From Patescibacteria group bacterium (GTDB taxonomy: Bacteria > Patescibacteriota > Gracilibacteria > UM-FILTER-43-11): a DNA stretch of 64,000 nucleotides. Under the pieces are notes generated by a model that made no database searches, was not told the origin of the DNA, and saw only the letters and a list, made by a program, of their open reading frames with translations. Numbering within the stretch: position 1 is the stretch's first letter; each line of letters opens with the position of its first letter. This document shows positions 1-9,229 of this stretch, in pieces. The stretch is taken from NCBI GenBank assembly GCA_018813295.1, contig JAHJBZ010000033.1, forward strand, positions 7,422-71,421. Reading direction: 5' to 3'. Position numbers and translations under genes: made by a program.

Positions 1-13
1 AGTTATTAAGAAT

Positions 14-1186
14 TTATAAATAATCGAATTTTAATTTCCATACCCAATACGCAACTTCTGCACGAGTTACAAACTGGTCTGGTTTTAATTCGCTAACAAT
101 ATTGTCGAGTAATCCATTATCAATTGCCACACGTACAACTGGGTATATATCATCTTGTGGAGACACATCCGTAAACGGCAAGATAATAGGTTTTACTTCT
201 TCGTTAGCTTCGTTAGCTTCGTTAGCTTCATTAGAATATGGAATTTCAATCTCAAAAATAGTCAGAATAGTTTTTAATGCTTCAATACGACCAATCTCCT
301 GGTCAGGATGGAACAGGCCTACATCATCACCTTCTGCAATGCCCATCTGGCTTGCCAATTGAATATATTGATAATGCCAATCCTTCTCTGAAAGATCGAT
401 GTATTGTTTATATTCATCTATGCTAATGGTGTCGTTAGATAAAAACTCAAATAATGCGACCTTAAAAAATTCAGCGCGATTAATACTGTTATCTGGCCTA
501 AAGTAGCCATCTGGATACCCCTCGATTGTACCTGCAATGGTTAAATCACGAATTGCCTGTGCGTAATATGCATGAGAATCCACATCTGGATAAGGCATTG
601 GATTTTGCCAGAATTCAGGATCAAGATCTGTCTGAAGTACAAAAGAATAAATATTCTCAAAGTAGTTATACCAACTGGATGTAACTTGGCGAGGTGTACG
701 CTGCGCCCCAGATGGAATTTTAACCTCGGTAAACAAATCCGAATCTTTAAAGCTCTTAAGCACACGACCGAGTGAAGCATAGTCGACCGATTCTATAGGC
801 AAGGTCACCAGGCCTTTGTTGTTTATCTGAAATTTAGTAACTCGTGCGTCTTGAGGTAATAAACGACGCAAATCATTAAGAACTTGTGTGAAGTCAAAAA
901 CTAAATATGGATTTTCCTCATCGCTTCCACTTATTACATTTTTTCTAGCTTCCAAAATCAGATTTAATGCATATAATCCTTCGCGATATGTATTGATTTG
1001 ATCTAATAAATCGGTTTGATCACTTTGGGTTGCGGTCAGTTCTTCTATAGTCTGATTTCCATCTTCAAAATCTGCTCTTAACGGCCTAAGCACACCTATG
1101 CGGATGTAAATATAGCCAAAAACAAAGAAGCAGATGAGAATAGCTAGGATTATTGTTGTGAATTTAGATTGTTTACCTTTAGTCAT
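14..1186 (-). CDS. PilN-like membrane-anchored pilus assembly protein fused to C-terminal S-layer homology (SLH) domains
   Basis: N-terminal TM, coiled coil, LRRLLPQDARVTKFQI...SDLFTEVKI PilN-like segment; SLH motifs IEGYPDGYFRPDNSINRAEF, FHPDQEIGRIEA, LKPDQFVTRAE; lies next to prepilins. Confidence 0.65.
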   Translation of the reverse strand: MTKGKQSKFTTIILAILICFFVFGYIYIRIGVLRPLRADFEDGNQTIEELTATQSDQTDLLDQINTYREGLYALNLILEARKNVISGSDEENPYLVFDFTQVLNDLRRLLPQDARVTKFQINNKGLVTLPIESVDYASLGRVLKSFKDSDLFTEVKIPSGAQRTPRQVTSSWYNYFENIYSFVLQTDLDPEFWQNPMPYPDVDSHAYYAQAIRDLTIAGTIEGYPDGYFRPDNSINRAEFFKVALFEFLSNDTISIDEYKQYIDLSEKDWHYQYIQLASQMGIAEGDDVGLFHPDQEIGRIEALKTILTIFEIEIPYSNEANEANEANEEVKPIILPFTDVSPQDDIYPVVRVAIDNGLLDNIVSELKPDQFVTRAEVAYWVWKLKFDYL

Positions 1187-1189
1187 TGT

Positions 1190-1227
1190 GTGAAATGTTA
1201 AATGTCAAAAGTTAAAAGTCAAATGTT
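1190..1227. repeat. Degenerate 7-nt tandem arm (AAATGTC/AAAAGTT type)
   Basis: tgaaatg ttaaatg tcaaaag ttaaaag tcaaatg; same unit as 28367, 43646 and 43954. Confidence 0.6.
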
Positions 1228-1974
1228 GTTTTTATAACTACTAGGAAGAGTATTTCGCAATGTATAAGTTGTTTGGTAAGAGGCTCTAACCGTTTGATAT
1301 GCCATCAATTCATTTTCATCGGCCGCTTCCCCAAATGGATAACGATGACGAGCTCTTACATAAATTTGAACATATGGTTGCAAATCCCGATCACCACTAA
1401 CGCGTGGATCAGCTGGCACTTCAATGTCAAAATCTTCAATTACGGTTTCTGATGAGTGTAACGGAAATGCATCTCCATTGCTAAACGCGATCATTAAACG
1501 AGCGGTATCTCCGTTATCACCACTTGAGGTATATGGTTCGCGGTAAATAGTAAAATACTGGGTTTCAGCACGGTCGGAAAAAATTGATATCTTATCAGTT
1601 TCTTGATTAATTCCTTCGCTCGGTTGGTTGCTATTGCTTTCGATTGTATCCGCATAATTAATTGCAAATCCTGAGCGTACAAGGCCGGGAATCCCATTAT
1701 TTAAGGCAATACTGGTTTCAAAATTTATATCTTTTTTATAACGAATAACTTCCTTAAAGTGGTATACGGAAAATAAATTCTGCATAACGATCGCGGAAAG
1801 GAATCCAAAAAATCCCATTACAATTATTAATTCAATTAAGGTAAAACCCTTATTATTAGGACTTTTAAGATTATTAAGACTATTACGACTATTGGGATGT
1901 AACCTATTAGAGATATCCATCCTAAAAGTCGTAAAAGTCGTAAAAGTCCTAATCGTCTTAATAAAATTTTTCAT
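1219..1974 (-). CDS. Type IV minor prepilin with long repeat-derived leader
   Basis: KGFTLIELIIVMG class III signal after a ~43-aa leader. Confidence 0.8.
   Translation of the reverse strand: MKNFIKTIRTFTTFTTFRMDISNRLHPNSRNSLNNLKSPNNKGFTLIELIIVMGFFGFLSAIVMQNLFSVYHFKEVIRYKKDINFETSIALNNGIPGLVRSGFAINYADTIESNSNQPSEGINQETDKISIFSDRAETQYFTIYREPYTSSGDNGDTARLMIAFSNGDAFPLHSSETVIEDFDIEVPADPRVSGDRDLQPYVQIYVRARHRYPFGEAADENELMAYQTVRASYQTTYTLRNTLPSSYKNNI
1853..1963. repeat. 9-nt periodic inverted-repeat hairpin inside the prepilin leader
   Basis: ttaggactt ttaagatta ttaagacta ttacgacta ttgggatg ... catcctaa aagtcgtaa aagtcgtaa aagtcctaa tcgtcttaa. Confidence 0.85.
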
Positions 1975-1990
1975 TTAGAATTTGTAATTG

Positions 1991-2482
1991 CTATTGTGTA
2001 TTATCAGCCAGATAAGTACTGTACGAGATAACTTCATTACCTTCACTGCAATCGATTGGGTCACCCCAGCGAACAGTTACGGCAACCTGTTTTATCAGCT
2101 GACTATCTCCGGTGAAAGCAACCGTTCTGCAGTAAGTTGTATACGGCTCTTCCTCCATTTCAATATTTTCATTCTCACCATATGTCAGAGTGAATTCATC
2201 TCCACTTTGACCCAATATGTAATTACCAGATTTACTACCTATTGCACTGACAAAGCCATTTTCACGATTTCTATTTACAGCAGTTTGGCGAATTTGCATT
2301 ACGCGCTCTACCCCCTCTGTAACCAGGAAGTGGGCACGGGTTCTTACTATCTGTTCGGTTGTTTTAAGTAACAAAAAATTTACAGTTGCCCATGTTAGAG
2401 CGAGAAAAATTCCAACTATGGAGAAAGTTATTAAGCTTTCCACGAATGTAAATCCCGATTTTGAGTTGATAATTTTTCGCAT
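1991..2482 (-). CDS. Type IV minor prepilin (PilV-like)
   Basis: SGFTFVESLITF class III signal; RAHFLVTEGVERV; VAVTVRW. Confidence 0.8.
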   Translation of the reverse strand: MRKIINSKSGFTFVESLITFSIVGIFLALTWATVNFLLLKTTEQIVRTRAHFLVTEGVERVMQIRQTAVNRNRENGFVSAIGSKSGNYILGQSGDEFTLTYGENENIEMEEEPYTTYCRTVAFTGDSQLIKQVAVTVRWGDPIDCSEGNEVISYSTYLADNTQ

Positions 2483-2498
2483 AATGTAAAAGGTAGAT

Positions 2499-2527
2499 AT
2501 GCTAGTAGTTTATATGCAGGATGTCAA
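2499..2527 (-). promoter_or_regulatory. Putative sigma70 promoter for the prepilin genes
   Basis: TTGACA-17-TAGCAT on minus strand. Confidence 0.45.
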
Positions 2528-2575
2528 GTATATTTCCTGATATATAGAGATATGCTAAAAAAACCTAAATTCTTC

Positions 2576-2640
2576 AAAGCCTTAAGTCTTAAGTTTTAAG
2601 CTATAAGCCTAATCCTTAAAACTTAATCCTTACAGCTTAT
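2576..2640. repeat. 7-nt periodic inverted hairpin (TAAG/CTTA family)
   Basis: ttaagtc ttaagtt ttaagct ataagc / cttaaaa cttaatc cttacag cttat. Confidence 0.75.
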
Positions 2641-2647
2641 CTAGTAA

Positions 2648-4414
2648 CTAACTAGACAGCACCGCATTATTCACCTCTTCAAATGTGGTAAGTCCGTTTA
2701 ACACCTGCAGATAGCCATATTGCTGGATGGTAAGCATTCCATTTTTCTCCGCAGCTTCTTGTATTTTATCCTCATTTCCTTGCTCAAAGTTGATTATGCG
2801 ACGTATATCATCATTAACTTTCATAATTTCCATAATACCCATACGTCCTTTATAACCTATGTCATTACAAGTTTTACATGTATCACCATTAGCATAAGGA
2901 GCGTAAATTTTTGCATCCTTTTTAGCTTCCAAAAAAAGATCTTTTACAGGCTTGGATGTATTTCTAAATGCTTCAGTAATTTTCTCCATTATCATTTTTT
3001 CATCGGGATGACTACGACGGCAGTCGGTACATACACGTCTAATCAACCGCTGTGCAAGAACAAACTTAAGCGATGAACTAATAAAATAATAAGGTACATT
3101 CATCTGAAGCAGGCGCGTAATAGAGGAAGCAGCTGTATTGGTATGCAGGGTTGAAAACACCAAGTGACCTGTGTTGGCAGCCTCAAAAGCTTTGGAGGCA
3201 GTTTCCTCGTCACGCATTTCCCCCACCATAATAATATCCGGATCTTGACGCAAAATGACCCTTAGCCCCGAAGCAAAATCATAGCCAATGCGATGGAATG
3301 TTTGAGATTGATTTACAAGTGGAATTTCGGCTTCAATCGGATCTTCCAATGTAATAACATTACTGCTAACTCTATCGATCTGCTGAAGTAATGCATAAAG
3401 TGTTGTAGTTTTACCGGAACCTGTTGGACCCGTCACACAAATAAATCCATGCGGATATGTTATTGATTCTTCCAACAGGTTTAATTGATAAGGCAAAATG
3501 TCTAAGCCGTATAAATCACATTTTTCAACATCTGCCATCTGCCTAAGAACTATTTTCTCCTCTTGTGCATTTCTTACAGTGCTTGGCATAAAGGAGAGAC
3601 GAAAGTTATAAACTCTACCATTAAGCTCAAATGAAATACGGCCATCCTGAGGAAGTCTTCTCTCATCTATTTTTAGGCTAGCATCGAGCTTCAGTTTATT
3701 CACTATTCCTCGATACAGCATAATGTCATCATAAAAATTTTCATCTGAACATTTGCCATCAACTCTATAACGCAATTTAAAACCAGCTTGCCCTTTGTCA
3801 TCCAGCGCTAAATCGATATGTATATCCGAAGCATCACGTAATATGCTTTCTTTTAACATCTTATAAACAAAGGCATTTGCATCTGCAGCCTGCGCGTCGT
3901 CAACTTCCAGTATTTCTATTTGGCTCTTTGCGCCTAATGCTCCCTTGTCTTCTACATTGCTCAATAGCAAATTATTAAAATTGTCATTGATGTAATTACA
4001 TGTGATTTGTGACATTACGGTGAGTGGAGTGCTTATAAGATCGGCTTGTTGAATTGAATCTTGTAACTCGCTATGCAGTGGATCAAGGCACAGAATCCTA
4101 TCCCCATTATCATCTCGTATCAAAAACGCTCCGTGATTTGATAGGTTCTCAAGGGAAAAAACATCATGTTCGATAATAATTATATCTTCAGTGTGTGGAA
4201 AATATGAAAGATCTAGTAAATGGGCTATAAGTTTACCCATTTTTTCCGATAATCCCGGATTTTCATTTATAAAAACACGTAGAGATGAGAGCTGATTTTC
4301 TTCAGCCTTTCTTTCTAATTCATTTAAATCCCCTTCAGACAAAAAACCATTTTCAAGCAAATAATCAATTACTTTCTTACTAATTTGTGGAGAATATCGA
4401 AAAGATTTTTGCAT
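2648..4414 (-). CDS. pilB: GspE/PilB family pilus assembly ATPase
   Basis: ASDIHI, RLPQDGR, Walker A GPTGSGKTT, LRQDPDIIMVGEMRD, TLHTN, tetracysteine motif. Confidence 0.9.
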   Translation of the reverse strand: MQKSFRYSPQISKKVIDYLLENGFLSEGDLNELERKAEENQLSSLRVFINENPGLSEKMGKLIAHLLDLSYFPHTEDIIIIEHDVFSLENLSNHGAFLIRDDNGDRILCLDPLHSELQDSIQQADLISTPLTVMSQITCNYINDNFNNLLLSNVEDKGALGAKSQIEILEVDDAQAADANAFVYKMLKESILRDASDIHIDLALDDKGQAGFKLRYRVDGKCSDENFYDDIMLYRGIVNKLKLDASLKIDERRLPQDGRISFELNGRVYNFRLSFMPSTVRNAQEEKIVLRQMADVEKCDLYGLDILPYQLNLLEESITYPHGFICVTGPTGSGKTTTLYALLQQIDRVSSNVITLEDPIEAEIPLVNQSQTFHRIGYDFASGLRVILRQDPDIIMVGEMRDEETASKAFEAANTGHLVFSTLHTNTAASSITRLLQMNVPYYFISSSLKFVLAQRLIRRVCTDCRRSHPDEKMIMEKITEAFRNTSKPVKDLFLEAKKDAKIYAPYANGDTCKTCNDIGYKGRMGIMEIMKVNDDIRRIINFEQGNEDKIQEAAEKNGMLTIQQYGYLQVLNGLTTFEEVNNAVLSS

Positions 4415-4493
4415 AAATTGTTATTATGAAGGGCTAATATTTATTCGTAGGTAATTGCGATTATACATGACTGACTAACTGATTTCCAGATTC

Positions 4494-4652
4494 TAATTGT
4501 CTGAACTGTGATTCATGTGATTAAAATGATTTCTTGATTTCCATTACGCCCTCCATTCGTAAGCGAGGATAGCTATCCTCACCTGCGGGTTTGTGCAATG
4601 GAAAAATCATATTAATCAATACAATCATAAATAATCACAGTTCAGACAATTA
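4494..4652. mobile_element. MITE-like palindromic element (TTGTCTGAAC family) copy 1, with nested REP-like core
   Basis: Perfect 20-bp TIR TAATTGTCTGAACTGTGATT/AATCACAGTTCAGACAATTA; ~9-nt GATT/AATC periodic arms; core GAGGATAGCTATCCTC at 4565-4580. Confidence 0.8.
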
Positions 4653-7178
4653 ATACCCATCCAGTACTTCACCAGTCGACGGATTTACCTGCCTCCAAAT
4701 TGTGTAATCATCCGGCAGTTCTGTATCCCCAGGAGGCGGAACTACATATTTACGCATATCTTCAATGATGTGCTCGGATGGTTTATTGAATTCAATAGGA
4801 TCAAATTCCAACAATGGTTCACGCTCCCAATACGATTGCCCAGCTATCACATCACCCAAAATGCGTAATTGGTTTTTGCTTTGTCCGCTATGGAAGCTTT
4901 CGCGCGCGAGAAGCATCACCTCTAAATCCGTAACTTCTCCGGAAACATATATATTGCGTGCATCTATGCGAACTGAGGTTATTTCGTTATAGCTTGCCGC
5001 CTGATTTATATAATAAAAAATATTAGCATTTATATAAACATCACCTGTCGTGTAAATTCGAGCCTGCCCCCCGTAAAATGCAACGGTGTCATTTATGCCT
5101 GCCTGGCCGATAATTATGTCACCTGTGTTGCTCCAGATAATATCATCGCCTAAATCAACAACACCTGTTAATACTGATGGGAGTCCATCTACTATAACCT
5201 CTCCATACATTTCACGGGTCAGCAGATCATCGTAATAATCACGGGAATTGTTTTCTCTGTCATATGCCTCCCCGCGCTGCACAAAAGGGAATTCTGTGCC
5301 GGTTACTTTCCAGTCATCACCGGACTCGGACTGAAACGTGCCGGTGCCATTATTTCCAAAAATCATATACTCGGAATTGGTTTCTCCCGGAGGTGTGTAG
5401 ATATCAGAAGGGGTTAAATGACTTGGAATTATCACCGGATTACCACCGATATCAACATAGTTTGCTATGGTGTCCGCATTATTTGTAAAATTATCATTGG
5501 TTCCAATATGCCCGCCCTCCGTTTTTAGCCAGGCGGTTGAAGTGTAAACAGTAATATCGGTTTCATCTGTATCCGCAAGGTTTACTGTGCCCGACGACAT
5601 CTTCTTCCACTCATAAACAGGCCTGTCATAATTCACACAATAGGTACATCCGAGACCGCAGGAGTAACATCTTGTACATAAATACACGTCATAATCTGCA
5701 TATACATATTGCCACCTGTCTTCTGCAACAGAAGCAGATACTGTGGAGGACACAAAACCTAAAGCTCCATTCTCTACCGCACGACTTTGTGTGAGAAAAT
5801 CAGGTATTGTAAACATGCTCCCTAAATTCATATATGAGTTAATTGCGGAAGTGGAGCTTCCATGGCTGTATGTGGGAATGTTAGTTGTAAATTCTAAACG
5901 CGGAGCGGCTTCAGGTAAAACTGTATCAATATTAAAAACTATTGGAGAACTGGAAATCGGACACATATTGATATCTTCACACCCTCCACCACTGCTGTTA
6001 TAAGCATAAAAATATGCTCCAAATTCATTACCGTGATAAAAGTTTCCACAGGGTCTAGAAGTCACGCTTTGTGCACTGCTGGAAAGTGAAGGATAGGTGG
6101 GATTTCTGTGCCTTCCGTCATAAGTTAAAGTGTATACCGTTTCAGTTACATCTGCCTGATCGTATCTGGCGCTAGACCCATCTGAAGAATTTAAGATGAT
6201 ATCCGGGATTTGAATGATATCGACTATAAATTCCCCCTCATCTTCCACTGCGTCTAGGTCAATAGGGTGAATTATGGATTCACGATTTTGAGTGGCCGCA
6301 AAATTACTTCCGCCGCAATCAAAACCGATATTGGTTATTTCGCTGACTCCTTCCAAATTGGACTCCACTAACACAATCATTGTTATATACACCTTAAAAT
6401 TAGGCTCTATTTCACCAATGTTAAAGAGACCGCACCCACTTTCACAGTAAGTATGATCTGGCAGGAAGGTGGTAAAAGTAACATCTGAGGCTGTTACTCC
6501 GCCCACGTTGTGGAGTGTATAGCTGTAAGTTATGTAGAATCCGGAATTAACAGATTCACCAACCTCCGGATAAGCTAATGTTTCAACTTGTATGGTAGGC
6601 ATGGCTTCTCCGGAAATTGTATTTTCGATTACTTCACTGGTAATTGGAATGGCGCTGTACTGCCCGAACACACTTGCCCAGGCAACTGTGTAAAGCGGGT
6701 CATCTGGAACAGTTTCGGGCACACTGATTTGGTATTGAACCAAAAAATATACTGAAGATCCGCCGCTTAAACTCTCAACTTCATAACCTATTTCGAGTCC
6801 GCTGACACCGTCGATGTCGAGAACCTGAAATGCTTCTGGTGATGAAATCTCTTGTACATAAGTCGTTTCCGGCACATATACCATGTAATCGGGAGTATCC
6901 ATCAGCACAATCAGATTTTCATGGGTATTAGTTCCGTTATTATGCACTGCAATCTGATAAGTCATGAACCGCCCTTTTTCAATAGTAGTATCCGCATCAT
7001 CAAAATCAATAAACTCATTACCAACCTCAACTCCCAATTCAATTTCTATATCTTCCAAGGTAGTTTCAGCATAGGTGGATGCTGAGTAAATCGCAAAAAA
7101 CAGCATAAAAAGTGCAGCCACAACAAAATATCTGATCAAATTACCGCATGCTGTTTTTAAGAGTTCTCGTTTTTGCAA
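4650..7178 (-). CDS. Large secreted/surface protein with DUF11-like Ig domains and Cys-rich segment
   Basis: Signal peptide; YQIAVHNNG and YTLHNVGG...ASDVTFTTFLPDHT DUF11-type motifs; CTRCYSCGLGCTYC. Confidence 0.6.
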   Translation of the reverse strand: MQKRELLKTACGNLIRYFVVAALFMLFFAIYSASTYAETTLEDIEIELGVEVGNEFIDFDDADTTIEKGRFMTYQIAVHNNGTNTHENLIVLMDTPDYMVYVPETTYVQEISSPEAFQVLDIDGVSGLEIGYEVESLSGGSSVYFLVQYQISVPETVPDDPLYTVAWASVFGQYSAIPITSEVIENTISGEAMPTIQVETLAYPEVGESVNSGFYITYSYTLHNVGGVTASDVTFTTFLPDHTYCESGCGLFNIGEIEPNFKVYITMIVLVESNLEGVSEITNIGFDCGGSNFAATQNRESIIHPIDLDAVEDEGEFIVDIIQIPDIILNSSDGSSARYDQADVTETVYTLTYDGRHRNPTYPSLSSSAQSVTSRPCGNFYHGNEFGAYFYAYNSSGGGCEDINMCPISSSPIVFNIDTVLPEAAPRLEFTTNIPTYSHGSSTSAINSYMNLGSMFTIPDFLTQSRAVENGALGFVSSTVSASVAEDRWQYVYADYDVYLCTRCYSCGLGCTYCVNYDRPVYEWKKMSSGTVNLADTDETDITVYTSTAWLKTEGGHIGTNDNFTNNADTIANYVDIGGNPVIIPSHLTPSDIYTPPGETNSEYMIFGNNGTGTFQSESGDDWKVTGTEFPFVQRGEAYDRENNSRDYYDDLLTREMYGEVIVDGLPSVLTGVVDLGDDIIWSNTGDIIIGQAGINDTVAFYGGQARIYTTGDVYINANIFYYINQAASYNEITSVRIDARNIYVSGEVTDLEVMLLARESFHSGQSKNQLRILGDVIAGQSYWEREPLLEFDPIEFNKPSEHIIEDMRKYVVPPPGDTELPDDYTIWRQVNPSTGEVLDGY

Positions 7179-7213
7179 TATGTTTAGTTAAAAGCAAGGA
7201 GATCATTATAGCC

Positions 7214-7275
7214 TTTGTCATTTCTGTGTCAATGTTATGACGATATGACGTTACAACGAAACGACGAAACAACTA
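7214..7275. repeat. 8-nt periodic repeat (ACGAAACA family)
   Basis: tgacgata tgacgtta caacgaaa cgacgaaa caac; short opposite arm upstream. Confidence 0.65.
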
Positions 7276-7332
7276 CGTTTGGAAATTCACGCAGACTGTT
7301 GTATCTTTATCTCGTAATAACATTCAAAAAAC

Positions 7333-8454
7333 ATGCCAAAAAACCATTCTATTGTAGAAAATATTCAAAAGTATTTTTTACTGGGTATTTTAATAATACT
7401 TGTTATCACCTTTTTTAAATTTATAGGCGCTTTTATTGTGAATCTGTTAATAGCTGGAATTATTGTGACAGCGGTTTATCCGGTTCACAAAATTCTTAAT
7501 AAAAAGATTCATATTCCCCGTACATTTTCAGCTTTGCTTTCGCTTTTAATTACAGCCGCTGTTGTACTTCTTCCTTTTGTCCTTTTTATCTTTTTTGTTG
7601 CGGAACAAGCTACTGATGCATATCTGGTTGTCAGCGATAAAATAAATGTGATAGTTGAAAATAAGGATTATACCTCGCTGCCTAAAATAATTGAGCAGCT
7701 CCCTTTTAGTGATCATATTGAAAAAATTCTTGCCTATTCGCCGTTTTCAACTGCGGATATTTTGCAGACTGCAGGAGATTTAGTTGGAACAATTAGTTCA
7801 TTTTTACTTGGTCAAACTACGAATGTTTTAAAACATCTATCGCTATTCCTGATTCATATAGTGGTTTTCCTGATGGCGATGTTTTATTTTCTTCGCGACG
7901 GAAGAAGACTTATTTATTACCTTCACGCACTTCTTCCGCTTTCTGAAGAATATCGCAAAGCACTTTTCACAAAATTACATCATTTAAGTTATGGAATTAT
8001 TTATGGAATTTTTGGCGCAGCGATACTTCAAGGCATATTTGTCGGAATAGGTTTTACAATTGTAGGTATTCCTAATGCTGCTTTTTGGGGGGCAATTGCG
8101 GCTTTATTTTCTCCGCTTCCTTATATCGGAACATCACTTGTGTGGATCCCCGCCGTTGCTGCCTTAGCAATTGGAGGACATTGGGTTGCCACATTGTTTT
8201 TATTGATTTGGAGCATAGTTCTTGTGGGAATGGCTGATAATGTCATAAAACCTTATCTAATCGGATCCACTTCCGCACTGCATCCAATGGCTGTTCTTCT
8301 CGTTTTACTTGGCGGAACATTTGCTTATGGTTTAAAAGGTTTGATTCTGGGACCATTCATTCTTACATTAACTCTCGCATTCCTCCATATTTATCAATTG
8401 GAGTATAAAAGTGTGCTGGGTAAAATTCCAAAGCCTGTGGTGAAGAAGAAATGA
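7333..8454 (+). CDS. AI-2E family transporter
   Basis: Multi-TM; FYFLRDG, PYIGTSLVWIP, DNVIKPYLIG, LHPMAVLL, GLILGP. Confidence 0.9.
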   Translation: MPKNHSIVENIQKYFLLGILIILVITFFKFIGAFIVNLLIAGIIVTAVYPVHKILNKKIHIPRTFSALLSLLITAAVVLLPFVLFIFFVAEQATDAYLVVSDKINVIVENKDYTSLPKIIEQLPFSDHIEKILAYSPFSTADILQTAGDLVGTISSFLLGQTTNVLKHLSLFLIHIVVFLMAMFYFLRDGRRLIYYLHALLPLSEEYRKALFTKLHHLSYGIIYGIFGAAILQGIFVGIGFTIVGIPNAAFWGAIAALFSPLPYIGTSLVWIPAVAALAIGGHWVATLFLLIWSIVLVGMADNVIKPYLIGSTSALHPMAVLLVLLGGTFAYGLKGLILGPFILTLTLAFLHIYQLEYKSVLGKIPKPVVKKK

Positions 8455-8456
8455 CG

Positions 8457-9086
8457 CTATATGGATTGATCGATTAAATCCTCATATTTGTCGTTTAAAA
8501 ACATGTACGGCCAATTTTCGGGGAGGTTGTGTTTTTCGGGGTTGCGTTTGATGTACTCCCAATGGCTATCGAAATCGTTGTCGTCGCGGATGTAATGATC
8601 GTGGTATGATTTGTGCCATTTGAATTTGGGGTATGGATTGCGATTTGAATATTCGGTTTTGAAACGGAATTTTAACAATTTTAATTTTTGATCATGTTCG
8701 TCGATAATTTGTCGAAAACATTCATACTCACTCCCCCGAAGGCGCGATTCGCGAATCGCGCCTTCGGATTTGGGATAATCGAGTTGATTATGACCAATAA
8801 CGTAATTCATATCACGGGTTACATGCCGTTTCAAAAATTGCATTATTTTCGATAAACCAAATTCCTCCCCCGGTTTTAACAGCAAATGAAAATGATCATA
8901 ACCCAAAAACCACGCATACAAATAAAATTCTTTTAATTTTTTACATAACCTTAAATTTTCGACAAATAAATCACAAAATATCCGTTCTTTAAAATACGGA
9001 CATCAATTAAATGTGTTTGTTGTAACAAAATACGTGCCGTCTTCGACGTAAATACGTTTTTGAGAATCGCGATGTTTTTTCTTCAT
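8457..9086 (-). pseudogene. REP-associated tyrosine transposase (RAYT, IS200/Y1 HUH family) with in-frame TGA at 9003-9005
   Basis: ATG at 9086 gives MKKKHRDSQKRIYVEDGTYFVTTNTFN*CPYF... in frame with DHFHLLL (HUH), WHKSYHDHYIR and YIKRNP. Confidence 0.8.
8736..8767. repeat. Perfect 32-bp REP-like palindrome within the RAYT CDS
   Basis: CCGAAGGCGCGATTCGCGAATCGCGCCTTCGG. Confidence 0.9.
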
Positions 9087-9229
9087 ACAAAATATTCATT
9101 AAATACTAATAACTCATTTAAATTCAAAACAGGTTACTTTTGCATCACGATTATACAATGGATGTCAATAACCGCTTGTACACAACGGTTTTATTCGTTA
9201 AAATGTGCCTAGCTTATAAACAAAAATAA

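Noticed and set aside
200-235. 9-bp tandem repeat encoding NEA-NEA-NEA in the SLH protein
   Set aside because: Single arm, in-frame linker expansion with no inverted partner; may relate to the 9-mer arrays but not supportable on its own
9003-9005. UGA recoded as Gly (genetic code 25)
   Set aside because: ftsK, lepA, purH, murB and others end at TGA at expected positions, and long conserved genes have no internal TGA
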